The notes beneath the pieces are model-generated. The model made no database searches. It saw only the letters and a list, made by a program, of their open reading frames with translations, and was not told the origin of the DNA. This document shows, piece by piece, positions 23,228 to 39,109 of a stretch of DNA of 64,000 nucleotides. Both the position numbers and the translations under genes were made by a program. This stretch comes from Utricularia gibba (taxonomy: Eukaryota; Plantae; Magnoliophyta). Within the stretch, counting starts at the first letter, position 1; every line of letters begins with the position of its first letter. Location: contig NEEC01000017.1 in NCBI GenBank assembly GCA_002189035.1, positions 2,108,001 to 2,172,000 on the forward strand, read 5' to 3'.

Positions 23228-26117
23228 ATGGATCGCGCATGGATGTTCATAGGGGTGTGGGCAGTTTTAGCGGTGGTTTCCTGCGCGCAATCTGATGACG
23301 TGGCGGTGATGGAGGAGCTGAGGAAGAGCATAAACGCTCCGGTTGAGCTTGGGTGGTCCGACCCAAACCCTTGTCTTTGGAAGTTTGTTGGCTGCAGCGG
23401 TGGTCGGGTGACCCGGATCCAAATTGGGCGTCAGAATTTGGGGGGTACCCTGCCAAGCAGCATCGGCAACCTTACTGCTTTACAGGTGTTTGAAGTACAG
23501 GGGAACCAGCTCTCTGGGCCGCTGCCGAGCTTCTCTGGATTGAGCTCGCTTCAGACTGTCATTCTGAGCAACAATAAGTTCACCTTTATCCCACCGGATT
23601 TCTTCGATGGTTTGGATTCCTTGCAGGAAGTTCACTTGGACTCGAACCCCTTTTCTGCTTGGAGCATCCCGTATGGACTTACTGCTGCTTCGACTTTGAG
23701 GATGTTTTCGGCGAATTCAGCGAATGTTTCTGGGCCTATACCTGGGTTCTTTGGGGGTGATGCATTTCCTAGCTTGACGGATTTGCATTTGGCTTTCAAT
23801 AATCTTGAAGGTCCACTGCCATCTACTCTTGCAGGGTCTTCAATATCGTCTTTGTGGCTTAATGGTCAGACCAGCAGCTCGAGATTAAATGGGTCTCTTG
23901 CGATTTTGCAGAATATGACTCAGTTAAGCGAGGTTTGGTTGCATGAGAACTCTTTCTCTGGGCAATTACCAGACTTTAGTGCTTTAGTTCAGTTGCAGAA
24001 CTTGAGCGTAAGAGACAACAGTTTGACGGGCCCCGTACCGAGCTCTTTGGTGGCATTGAAATCACTTGCTGTGGTGAATTTGACTAACAATTTGTTACAA
24101 GGTGAAACTCCCAAGTTTAGTGATTCTGTTCATGTGGATATGGTAGCGAATACGAACAGTTTTTGTTTGCCGAGTCCTGGAGTAGAATGTGATTCGCGAG
24201 TTCATCTTTTGCTCGAAGTGGTGTCTGATTTTGGCTATCCTGCTTCTTTTGCTCAGAATTGGAAGGGAAATGATCCATGTGCGTCATGGATAGGAATCAC
24301 TTGTAACAATGGGAATATAACAGTGATAAACTTCCATGGCATGCAGCTTAATGGCGTGGTCTCCCCCAGCTTTTCCCAGATTGCATCGCTACAGAGGTTG
24401 GTTCTTTCAAACAACAACCTTACAGGGACAATTCCTAGTGAACTGGCAAGTCTAACACACCTTGTTCAGTTGGATGTTTCCGATAATCAACTCTACGGAA
24501 CAGTTCCTGGTTTCAGAAATGGTTTGGTTTTGAACACTAATGGAAATGTGAATATTGGCAAGAATGTCGCGCCTGCAAGTTCCCAAGATCAAAATTTCCC
24601 AGGGTCGTCTTCTGGTGGTGGTGTGCAATCAGCTAACAATGAGCAAAGACCTTCAACAGGGAAGAAGATAATAGGTCCGCTAGTTGGTGGTGTTTGTGCT
24701 TTTCTTTTTATTGGGGCAATGGCGTTCTGCTTTGTTCGAACCAAAAAGCGGCATCAAGGTCGAGTTCAGACTCCCTACACAACAGTTATCCATCCGCGTT
24801 TCTCAGGTTCTGATGATGCAGTCAAGATCACAGTTGCTGGTTCTGTTATGAACGGTGGATCAAGTGATACTCAAAGTCAAGGTAGCATCAGCCACCATGA
24901 TCTCCACATTGTTGAGTCTGGAAACATGGTGATCTCAATCCAAGTCCTGAAAAACGTCACAGACAATTTCAGCGAAAAGAACATACTTGGTAGAGGCGGA
25001 TTCGGAACTGTTTACAAGGGAGAGTTGCATGATGGGACGAAGATTGCAGTCAAGAGAATGGAAGCTGGTGTCATCAGCGACAAGGGGCTGGATGAGTTCA
25101 AGTCAGAGATTGCTGTCCTCACGAAAGTTCGGCATCGACATCTGGTTGCTCTTCTTGGCTATTGCTTAGATGGGAACGAGCGGCTTCTTGTGTATGAGTA
25201 CATGCCTCAGGGTGCATTAAGCAGGTTTTTATTCAGCTGGAAAGAAGAAGAGCTGAAGCCCCTTGAGTGGATGAAACGTCTAACCATTGCACTTGATGTT
25301 GCTAGAGGTGTTGAATACCTCCATGGCTTGGCCCATCAAAGCTTCATCCATAGGGATCTTAAGCCGTCCAACATTCTCATCGGAGATGATCTGAGAGCCA
25401 AAGTTGCAGATTTTGGACTCGTTCGCCTTGCTCCTGATGGGAAAGCTTCAGTGGCAACTAAATTGGCTGGAACCTTTGGTTACCTTGCCCCGGAATATGC
25501 AGGTATCTTGTCATTCTTCCTGAGCCAGCTTTTACTTCTGCATTCTGCTTATCATCTGTGTTGACGATTGGACAGTGACGGGGAGAGTAAGCACCAAGAT
25601 CGACGTTTTCAGCTTCGGAGTGATTCTAATGGAGATGATCACTGGAAGGAAGGCTCTGGATGAGAGTTTGGATGAAGAGGTGCAGCATCTCGTCCCATGG
25701 TTCCGGCGAATGCTGGTAAACAAGGAGAAGGACATGAAGACACTCCATAAAGCCATTGATCCAACCATACAAGTTGATGAAGAAACATTGGCGAGCATCA
25801 CTGCGGTAGCTGAGCTTGCTGGCCACTGTTCAGCACGAGAACCATATCAGAGGCCAGACATGGGCCATGTTGTCAACGTGCTCTCTTCTCTAGCAGAGAT
25901 ATGGAAGCCATCCGAGCCTACTGATCCAGAAGATGCATTCGGGATCGATTATGAGATGACTTTGCCTCAGGCACTCAAGAAATGGCAAGCACTGGAAGGA
26001 GCCCGGGGTGTGGATGCTTCTTCCTCCTACACCGGTAGCTGTGACAACACTCAGACAAGCATACCCACCCGGCCCTCTGGGTTTGCAGATTCGTTTACTT
26101 CGGCTGACGGACGATGA
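23228..26117 (+). CDS. TMK: Transmembrane receptor kinase TMK1-like (LRR-IX)
   Basis: Two exons, 23228-25502 and 25576-26117. Interrupted LRR ectodomain ([15 protein letters not shown]), [12 protein letters not shown], active kinase motifs [16 protein letters not shown]-terminal SFTSADGR. Confidence 0.97.
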
Positions 26118-27771
26118 AGTTCCTTCCCATTCCTCGGGGACACATTGCTCCTGTCTAGAGAAGGTAACTGGTAAGTCCTTTCTTCTTTGATTTTTTCAGT
26201 TGAGTGCATTAGGTGCTTGCTGTTCATGAGAATGGAGTGTGGATTAGGAATGCATCGTTTGCAGTTTCTGGGTTTGATTGGAGCGCATTCCTTGCTGCGT
26301 CTGTGTTTCTGTTAACTGTATGATATGAACAAGACATCCCACTGTAAGATTGTTTCACTGTAAGAACCTTGCATCTATGCAACTTAGGCAGGCAGGCAGC
26401 AGCGTGAGAGTGGTTGTGGTAAATTAATGAATGCAGTTGCAGAGCCACATTCAACATTCACCTGCCTCATTCACTCACCCACATTCATAGACACCATGTT
26501 GATTGGGGTCAAGGTAGTTATCAATAATCTGAGTAGGTGTTGTGTTATGTTGCTCAACTTCTTCTAACAAATTGGAGCGGTTCATGATCCATGAAACTGT
26601 GAACAGGGCTCACAAATCAAAATGCAATTTAGAATGCACCAAAAAACAGGGTTCAGACATGAGAAAGGAGAGAGACAGATGATGGGGATAAGTGTAGGAA
26701 TTCAGTCATATTGTTGGTACAGGACCACTGAGCCTGCTGTAGGTGGATGCTGCTGCTCTGGTCCCCAAACAACTCTACTTCACTAAATTCTACTCATTTG
26801 ATGCATGCCCCAAATGCTGCTGCTGATGGTAACTTGAGTGTGGAGACCACTTTGATGATATGACTGGGGCCAGAGTCCATGTGCATCATCTCCATAGTTG
26901 CCAAAGCCAACAACTGAAGGGCTGGCTACTGGTAATAATATGGAATCTCACAACAAATCAAAACCAGCAGCAACCACCTCAGACTCCCAGTTTTTTAAAA
27001 AATGGAAGGGTTAGGCAAATGCTTTTGAAAAGGAACCTCTTTTGCAGTTGGGTGTCCCTTCTGTTCTTTCAATCAATGGCTTCCCCTGTTGGCTCCATGA
27101 TTCAGAAAGGACATGTGTTCTCAAGTATTGATTAGTTTCATGAAGCTGGGTCTGAAAGATTGTCCTTCCTTGACCATCTGCTGCAATCACCTTGAATGAT
27201 GACACTCCATTAATAACCCATTTCAGAAAGCCACGAAATCAGCTCTGTTCAACGCCCCATTATTGTGTTCTTCTACAAGTATAGGATCAGCTGGCTCAAG
27301 ACATGCATAGATTTGTTCTTACAACTGGCATTAGCAAGGGAAAGGCTCCAACTTTAGCATATAGTCTGATGCCCAATGAATTATTACAGCTTTATGGCTA
27401 TGGAGCAGTCCAGCTGCTTCGAGTGGAGGAGGAGAGAACAAAGGAACTAGGGGACCAGCCAGCTAGTTGCATTTCAACATCATTCAAGAAAGACACATCA
27501 TATGCATATGTTTTCTTCTGAACTGGATTTCATCTTCTTCGGACAACAAGAATCTTATCATAACCGCTTCTTCAATCATATAATCAAGGAGACCAAAAAC
27601 AATATATAGTACTAACAGAACAATGATGATGAATGACAAGCCATCATGGGAAACTGAAGGTATGATATATATATATATATATGTACACGTATCGCATCAT
27701 TTTTTGCCAATCCCAGTGCCAGTATAGAACATTGCCATGATTCAACTCCCTTGGAGTAAGCATCTCTACCA

Positions 27772-29236
27772 TCAGATGAAAGATGCCTCACCAGAGGTAT
27801 GCTGATGTCTTTTGCCACGGCGATGGTGGCCATGACCGAATGTCACTGGATCGAAGCCATGAAGCTGGTTAGCCACCTCGGAATCAAGTATACACTCAGG
27901 AGGTGGAATCTTGTAGCGTGCTCGGTCATAGCAATATGAATACTGAATGTTGCTGCTCCTGAACCTCATCATTTTCCTTCTTTGCGCTTGAGTGATGCTC
28001 GTTGGGATCAAGCTGAACCCAACTGGATCATTGCACTTGGATGGCTCAACAGGGTCCACTGAGCATCCATGGAGGACAAATTTGGAGAACTCGGAAACAA
28101 AGGGGGCGTATTTGTAATTCACGCGGTACTTTCCTCCATTGGTGGCCCAATCTGATCCATCCCATATAGTTGCATACAGAGACATTGGCTTTGATGGGAA
28201 GTCCCCACCCATTGCATCTGTTCTCTTGATCTCTCTTACAGGAACATTATCTATGAAAAAGCTGCATATGAAGCATGAAGAATAACAGGCAACATCAGGC
28301 AAGTGACAAAGAGCAGAGGCCTAGAGAACCTCAATACATAATCACAGAGATCGATCAGATGGATATCAGAAGCTGGTCAAAGCCTCATTTCTTTTGTCTG
28401 GGCGGAAACTAACAGCAGAAATTCTATAGAATGCATGTATAGTTACTCACACGATGAGATTCTCCATCCACAAAATGCTGTATTGGTGGAAGTTCTCAGT
28501 TGGGTCAAACCAGAGACCATATCTTTCTTCCCTACCAGTATTTGTGCTCCCATTCCCATAAACGTTTGTCTGGACTCTCCACTCCTTCCCTCTTATGTTC
28601 CCCAGGAATTCGAAATCTAATTCATCATGATTCTTCTCATGCGTACCAGCATTCGACATCTAGTCATTTGTTCAGCAGAGTAATTGTTCAATTAGGAAAA
28701 CCAGACAAAATTCAATCCAAGGCGAAAGCAGGGTCTTCTTACTCGGCTACCATAACATCCATGTTTTAAATGAAGCATGCCATTAAATGTATCCAATAGT
28801 TACTCAACAGTCACTTACGTAGAAGGCGACGACGACGCCGGCAGTGTAATCCTTCGGAAGCTTAATGGAAGCACTGAAATACCCATGAAGATAAACGTCT
28901 TGCGAAACAAAACCAGAACCTGCACTTCCCATATAGCATGTGGTTAATGAAAACAAAAAAAAAAAAAAAAAGATCGAGCCTTTTACACAGAGGAAGAAAC
29001 TGTGAAACATGAGCTAACGACTCCATGTACAATACAACCAAAAATAATCAAAGGAGACCTGTTCTTTCATCCAAGGAGATATGAACCGTTTTCCCATCTC
29101 TGTGGACCATTAGATTGCCATCCCCAAAGAGATGGGAGTATCCCTCATCAAACGAGGGCATCGGAAGATTCCCAGAAAACCCATTTGCGAAACCCAGAGA
29201 CCACACTCCGAAAACAACAAAAACAAACGCATTCAT
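27772..29236 (-). CDS. XTH: Xyloglucan endotransglucosylase/hydrolase, group III (XTH27/28/30-like)
   Basis: Exons 29236-29059, 28919-28819, 28659-28451, 28261-27772 in frame. Catalytic HDELDFEFLGN, MSLYATIWDGSDWAT, YSYCYDRARY. Confidence 0.96.
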
Positions 29237-30604
29237 GTCGAAAAACACCAAATGAACAAAACGATGATGCGTGTACGTGAAACGAAACACTCAAGAGAAA
29301 ACAGCGTCTCCTCGATCTGCGCAGAGGGAGTCACGCGGAGAGGAAAAGCACGAGGACGTTGAGACGGGAGGAGAAATCTGTGCAATTTTATTGGCGTGGA
29401 GAGGCTGCTGTTGAGCACCCCAGCTGTTCTCTTGCTTGCATACTTCCGCGAACCTTTTCGTATTCTTCGAGAACCCCGAAAATAATTAATTATTTAACAA
29501 CAACAAAAATCTCCATTAATTAATACTACGCCTGGCGCACAGTCTCCCATATCAATGAAAAAATAAAATGTTAATATTTTAATTTCAATTGTCATTTATT
29601 TATTATTTATTGAATATTAAAATGTTTTCATTGGTCCACTTGGTTCAGAAAATTAGGTACATAGAACTTGCCCTTTTTGTTCATTCTCTCATTGCACACG
29701 TCTTTAATGCATACCACCGAATTATTTTATTGGAACATTTTATAAAAAAATAAATTATTATTTTTAAATAAATGAGAAATTTACTAACAACAATAAAATA
29801 ATAATAAATGATTTCACTTGATTTATTTAGAAAGTTGGGGAGAACAAAGATGGTCCGGTCCACCCACAAGTTGGGTGGGCAGACCCGACCGCCGCCCGAG
29901 TCGCTCGTTTGGTTATGCGGAATACCGAAAACACCCCTGCGATGTCCACTATGAACATATTTTTATATTGTATTAATGGGAATGGAGCAGTATTCTATCT
30001 TTTACGTATTGGAACATTAGGAGTAGAGGGTTGCTCAGTAATTTCGCATATCCTCCAATGGGCTTTCTGAAGCCCATTAATGGAGCTCAAGAGTGAGATT
30101 AATGGGCCTGAATCAGCACTCGATCCAGTCCATTCCTGCAGCCGGGCCTGCCCATGGCTCGCTCATCGCAACCTTGGACTTGTTGCTGCGTCAGTTCCAA
30201 AGTCGAGAGCTTTGGCTGCAGGTGCAACCCGCGCCCCTTCCCTTCAAAGCAAGTCTGCATAGGGAAAGCTGCAACGGTCGAATCCCAGAACCTTGTCTTG
30301 TTGCTGTGTGGTAGTAACCTCATTTGATGTGCAAGAATGGGCTTTGAGTTGTCGGAATGATGTTGTTTATGGATCCCAAGTTATGAATCAACAACAAACA
30401 GACAGATATATAAGCTAGTCCGAGTTGACTGACAGAAGATCTCAAGTGAAGAAGCCAAGACTGTTCCTTCATCATCTAGAGGAGAAGCATGGATCACCTC
30501 ACGCGTTTCTAACATTTTAGCAACTCTATACACATTGCATATCATAAGGGAAATTCATGGCACTCTCAAGAAAATGGCAGCTACTGGATGGATCAAGTAT
30601 CTCA

Positions 30605-31330
30605 TCAAAGTTTGAGGTTCAGATCAGGAATGGAAGATGAGGCAGTTGGTGATGTTGTGGAGACAACAGTTATAACGGAACAACCATGGTGAGAATTCAA
30701 GCCAGCATTCTCCAGGAGGCCTCCGGCTTGCCGGAAGCTTCCCGGCCATGAAACCTCATAGTCATCACACTCCATGTACTGGGGAACACCAATGTGGTGG
30801 TCGTGGTGTTGAGGAAATGTACCTCCCTTTCTGATCCAATGCATATTAGGATCCTCATAAGTTTGTAAGGCTGGCTGGTGCACTGAGCCATGAGCATCCA
30901 CGCCAAGAGAGCGGAAGGGGACTCCATGGATTGGGAGAGATGGTAGAGTAGTGTATCTCTCTGAGACCATGCCAAATCTGATGGCCCTCTTGGCTATTGA
31001 CCTCTCCCTTTTGTGTGCATTCTGGTGCCCTCCCAACGCCTGCGAGCTATAGAATTTTCTTCCACAGTAATTGCAAGAGAAAACCCGGGAAGGCCGTGCA
31101 GGATGATGATCATCAGTGGGACTCGAATCCTTGCCGGAGTATTTTGGTTCAGCTTCTGGCATTGTCATGCCAAGGGTGAGATCTAGTTTGAGAGGGTTGG
31201 TGGCCTCCTGCTTAGGATTTGAGTCATTCAGGAGCATCTTGTTTTCTTCTTTGACAGATGCGCTTGAGCTGAAGACTTGGCTGCTCGCTTCTGATTCATC
31301 TTCCGACTCCATGATAACATTGGGAGACAT
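30605..31330 (-). CDS. Single C2H2 zinc-finger protein (QALGGH type) with EAR motifs
   Basis: FSCNYCGRKFYSSQALGGHQNAHKRER; LxLxL motifs LKLDLTL and C-terminal DLNLKL. Confidence 0.94.
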   Translation of the reverse strand: MSPNVIMESEDESEASSQVFSSSASVKEENKMLLNDSNPKQEATNPLKLDLTLGMTMPEAEPKYSGKDSSPTDDHHPARPSRVFSCNYCGRKFYSSQALGGHQNAHKRERSIAKRAIRFGMVSERYTTLPSLPIHGVPFRSLGVDAHGSVHQPALQTYEDPNMHWIRKGGTFPQHHDHHIGVPQYMECDDYEVSWPGSFRQAGGLLENAGLNSHHGCSVITVVSTTSPTASSSIPDLNLKL

Positions 31331-33249
31331 CCTGGTTGGACTTCAGAGTTGTTCCTGTATGTCATGAGTTAAATGGGAGAACTCTCATGAAATCAAGCAA
31401 CAGTAAGACAAAAAAACACACATCAATTAGCACAGAAATTCAGGGCCATGTGCTTGTCTTGGGAATCAAGAAAATTCAGCTGGAAAAAAACTGTAATAAG
31501 TTATGGCACAAGGTTCTCTCATTTCCAAAATGCTGATAGTGGAATTTCACATTTTTGCTCACATTGCTTCATGAATTAACGTAGAAGTGAAGGTCTTTTC
31601 TGAGTTCCCAACTCCTCCCACAGTGGAAGAAAGCTTCTAGAGATATGCAATGACCCAAAAAAGCTAGTTCTTAACTTAGAGAATGAACTCAGGATCCCGG
31701 AGGGAGCCCCACCGTTCAAAACAGAAACACACAAGCATGGTGACTGCCAACCAAAAAAAAGTGCATAAACAGCAAATTCTTTAAATGAATCTCACAACAG
31801 AAGAAACCAGGAACAAACACTCAAAAGACGATCAGAATAGCGGTAACAGAGAAGAGGGAGGCTAAAAAAAAAACCACTTCACTTACAGCTGATGTACCTT
31901 GAACGCAGGTTCAGAGGTGAAAAGACAGGGATGTGATGGCTGCTTGTTTTGGCCAAAAATAGTTGAGAAACCACAGAAACTAGGCGGAGATAAGACCATC
32001 AAGAGTGAGGGGAGAAAAAAAAAGAAAAGGACAGAGAGAGACTGAAAGGAAGGTCGAAGGTGGTGGATGCCAGATGACTCAGAAACAAATCAAAACTACG
32101 CAGAGACAGGAGGGGCTACATGTGTTTGGGCTCTTTTAACTGCTACGAAAGAGATGAATAGCATTATAGTAATGTGCGCACTTCAGCTGACAGGCATAAG
32201 CAACGCCATGAATAAGTTAAAAGAGCACCTTAACGCGTAGCCCACTTTACATAATAACCAAATGCTTCTTTATCCCCGGGAAGTATGTGTAGACTGTACA
32301 TTGTATTGTATTCTCAAAAAGCATGACTTCCTTGAACGACGAACAGTAGCCTAGATGCAGCCTCTTCTTCCCTCTCTGTCGTTTTCACAACAATGACTGT
32401 TGAAAAAAAAACAAAGGAAAACTTCCATCTGTAAGGCATTTTTTTATATAGAGACTACAAACACAACGCAAATAACCAAATGCATCTACTTTTAACTCGA
32501 AACCGTTGAGCAGAAACTTCAATGATTCATTTGGAAGTGGGAGTGGGACAACAAATGACTACCCACTACCTCCTTCCCATACTCCTCCACCGCATGAAAT
32601 GGCTTTTTTTGAGTGAAGTAATAATGAAAAACTGGCCCCCTCAGCCACACTCCATGGTTTTTCAAGAATTGAATCTTCTCCACTCATACATTTCACTTCT
32701 TCCCACAAACAAGCACCTCCTAATCACTCCCCTCTCCGGACCCATCAATCTCTTCAAATCCTACACCTGTTTCTTGATTCTCTCACCTCCCTCAACAGTC
32801 ATATCATCTCCAGCCAACACCTGCGGGACACAAAACAATAACGGGGATGGGTAGCAGATCTGCACTACACATACTTCGAAGAATGATCAATCAAGGGCCA
32901 CCCATATGCAAAATCTGAATTATAATATGATTAAAGAACAACATCAACAACCAACCGCATCAAGATTCTTTAATGAGCAGGGACGATGCTCCATTATTGA
33001 GATAGCTTTTTGGTTGGCAACACTTGAGCGTTAACTGCGGGGTGAACCCAACATTATGCTAAATTAATACCATCAGCAACAGGTTAGCGTCGAGAACTAA
33101 CTGGGATCAAATATTTGCTACCCCCAGTGGGAGGACTGAACCCATCCCGTTAGTCACTCTCCACAGCCCAGAATTTTATACTAAAATAAAACTCCATAAA
33201 CGGACGAATCTAATCACTGTGTTTTCCCTTCCACGTTAACGAAGATGAT

Positions 33250-33745
33250 TGAGAGAGAGGGAGAGAGAAGGAAAGGAGGCCCATCATGTATTGGGCTCTT
33301 ATTTGGGCTTCCACCTAATGAAGCCCACTATAGTATGAAATCACTCATTCGTATTATCAAGATGAATATTATATTATTTTTTATTAAAATTTTTGGGACT
33401 CGATTTAATTTACTATAAAAAAATTTAGTTTTAATCGTCGAAAAATGAGTTTAATCTTTTTAAGAATTAAAAATTATTTTGAGTGAATGTTGTTGTTTTT
33501 TTAGTATTTTTTATATGAAGAATTGATTGTACTGTGAATAAAATATGCGACAAAAATCTGGTGGAATGGAAACCGTTCGCTCGCTCGCTCGCTCGCACTG
33601 GTTTTCTTGGGTCTTCTCCCCCATCGTCTCTCTCTCTCTCCACTTTCTCTCTCTCCCGGAAGGGGGAAAAATGAACTAAAACTGAAGGACCGATTACACG
33701 CAGTTAGTACTCCTTCTCTCTCTTGTCTGATTTGCCTCTCTCTCT
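33250..33745. promoter_or_regulatory. GA/TC-repeat tracts and site II elements in the BPC promoter/5'UTR
   Basis: GAGAGAGAGGGAGAGAG near 33250, TGGGCT/AGCCCA at 33290-33330, (TC)n tracts at 33626-33656 and 33714-33745. Confidence 0.55.
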
Positions 33746-34316
33746 TTGGGAATTTATGTTTGAGCTTTTTATCTGTGTTTTTCCTATTTCGGATAGTCCA
33801 GGGCGGTGGATTTCTCATGGAAATGTTTTTTTCTTTTAGCGTTTTCTTGTCGTAAATTTTTGCCGTGGATCGGGGTTTTTTTGTTGATATCTTTTGTTGT
33901 AGATCTGTTTGTAATGCCGAAGATCGGATTTTTTTTAATTGGGGTTTTGTGGAATTAACAGTTTGTTTAGCTTCATGTGGATTTTGTGTTTGTCCTTTGT
34001 CGAAATTCTTGTGCTTCTTGGGATGTGAAAAGATGTGCGTTCCAGGAGTTTGTCGAAAATTAAGGTGCATTACTCTGAAATATGGTAGATTTTTGGTGGA
34101 AAGGTGTTGTTTTTGTTCAGATAATGCAAGGTTATGCCTTCAGTTTGATCGATTTACATGGTTTAATTCTGTTTTATTGTTTAAGTGGAGTTAATATGGG
34201 GTGCAGTTCATTTCAAGTATTGATTCCAAGGTTCACTGCTTACACATTTCTGGTTTTCGGATAGTATTTGATCATTTACTCTTCACTTTTGCCCCTTTGG
34301 TTGTGCCATAGATTTC

Positions 34317-35161
34317 ATGGACGAAGACAGTTTGAGGAACTGGGGTTATTATGAACCTCCCCTTAAAAGCCATCTTGGGCTTCAGCTCATGTCATCTGTA
34401 ACGGAGCGTGACACAAAACCCTTTCTTTCTGGTAGAGATAATCCAGCTGTGGTTTCATCCAATGGGGCGTTCCATACACGTGATTATATCGTCACTGAGC
34501 CACCACTGTCCAACATCGATTACGTTAGGGATAGCTGGATAAATCACAGGGACAAGTTTTTGCATATGTTACCTGGAAATGGATACAACCCTGTGCTCAC
34601 TGAGCCATCTGGCTCACACCATTCACTGCAGATGGTGCACCAAGCTGAGGCCAGTAATGAAACTATGCTTGCTAACGAAGGGCCAGCTTCTAAGAAAGAA
34701 AGTGGTTCAACCAAACGGGGAGCACCTGCCGCTGCTGCTAAAACTTCAAAGGCAAAGAAGCCAAAGAAAGGGCCTAGTCCAAAGGAGAACAACAGCAATG
34801 CCTCTGTGCAGCGAGCTAAGACAGTGAAAAAGAGCGTGGAGGTTAGTATTAACGGGGTTGATATGGATATCACCGGCATTCCAATCCCGGTTTGCACCTG
34901 CACTGGAACTCCACAGCAATGCTACCGATGGGGTGCGGAGGTTGGCAGTCTGCCTGCTGCACCACCACCATATCAATGCATCCACTGCCGATGAGCACCA
35001 AGAGAAAAGGTGCAAGAATCGCTGGAAGAAAAATGAGTCAGGGGGCGTTCAAGAAGGTTCTTGAGAAGCTTGCCTCTGAGGACTATGACTTTGGTAACCC
35101 TATTGACCTGAGGACATACTGGGCAAAACATGGCACCAACAAGTTCGTTGTGATCAGATAG
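34317..35161 (+). CDS. BPC: BBR/BPC class I GAGA-binding transcription factor; one -1 frame break
   Basis: MDEDSLRNWGYYEP...LGLQLMS N-terminus; zinc domain IPVCTCTGTPQQCYRWG|CGGWQSACCTT...WAKHGTNKFVVIR. The frame changes at GGGG 34930-34933. Confidence 0.93.
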
Positions 35162-36363
35162 ATTGGCAAACATTTATTTGATTTGTTGTTGGGTTTATTA
35201 GCCGGTACTTGTAGACCCTCTCATGTTCAAGATACAGGATTCACGTGCTTTGTAGCCCCTGCATGCGCCATTGATCATTTCCTTTTGTAGGATTTATGTG
35301 TATGGTCACCGAGTGCCTTGGAACTCTTAGTTTTGATTTCTTCTGTTGTCATCTTGATCTTGCTCATGATCTCTGATAATTTGCAACAAAGAGCTCCAGC
35401 TTCATTACATTAACCTCTGTCGCACTACAGGATGATCACGAGCTGGCTACTTGGATTCATTTCCTCATCGAACTTCTCCTCCCATTTTGCCTGTGATCAC
35501 TTACGTGTTCTTGCAGTGCTTCCCTTGTCTGCAGGTTCTGCTTCTTGTAGCGGCGTTGAGCATCACAGTGAAGGTTAATGTGGCCTCACGACTTCGTTGG
35601 CAGAATACAGGTGCATCAAAACAGCGTCTATCCCTATGATCGGAACCAAAGAAGCATGCATATGCCACCTCTATTTTTTTCCCAATTACTATCATTTCAT
35701 GTGCCTGAGGAGAATGAATGTTGTTCTCCAGACCATGAAATGAAATCTCTAAATCAATAGTAAGTTTTGTGGAAACATCCAAAGCTCCATGATCGGGTAG
35801 GGTCAGGACATTATAAGTAATGTATCAAGAGGTGCTAATTGTTGCGATTCATGTTTTAAATAGACAAACAAGTATAGTTGGTTGATTCATGATCCAAAGC
35901 AATTCAATCATGAATCTGTCAAATTTAATCCAATCCGGTTTGCAATCTAATGCGAGGTTCAACAATGATGAATTAAAACGTGCTCAGAAAGGGGGAATTA
36001 GCATAATCTTGACTAACAAATCATCCACTCAGCCAGGTACAAGACGAAGAAGAAGAAGATGATATGAAATCAACAGCAACTACTACTACCACTACTGCTA
36101 CATTTGTAGAAAGCGAGGGATATCTCAGCTAGTTACCGGCAATCCCACGCACACACAAACCCCATTTTCAGTCAGATGAGATGCTTCTGTGGTCACATTT
36201 TCACCTGGTGATGCCTTAGCCTAGATCATCGGCTTGGCATTCTAGGTTCTCCTTGCCGCCGAGTTCAGCCACTGCCTAAATAGGTGGTGATTCAGGTAGA
36301 TTGTAAGAGCCAAGATATGAGAGATAGAGATAGAGAGTGAAGACAGGTCATTTGGCAGGTGTT

Positions 36364-39109
<2,746 letters not shown>

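Noticed and set aside
26341-26372. GTAAGA-containing repeats as TAS3 tasiARF sequence
   Set aside because: No match to TTCTTGACCTTGTAAG and no miR390 sites; it lies in the TMK 3'UTR.
32522-32854. 110-aa plus-strand ORF upstream of the ZFP gene
   Set aside because: No recognisable homology; the splice-like signals there favour a minus-strand leader or non-coding exon.
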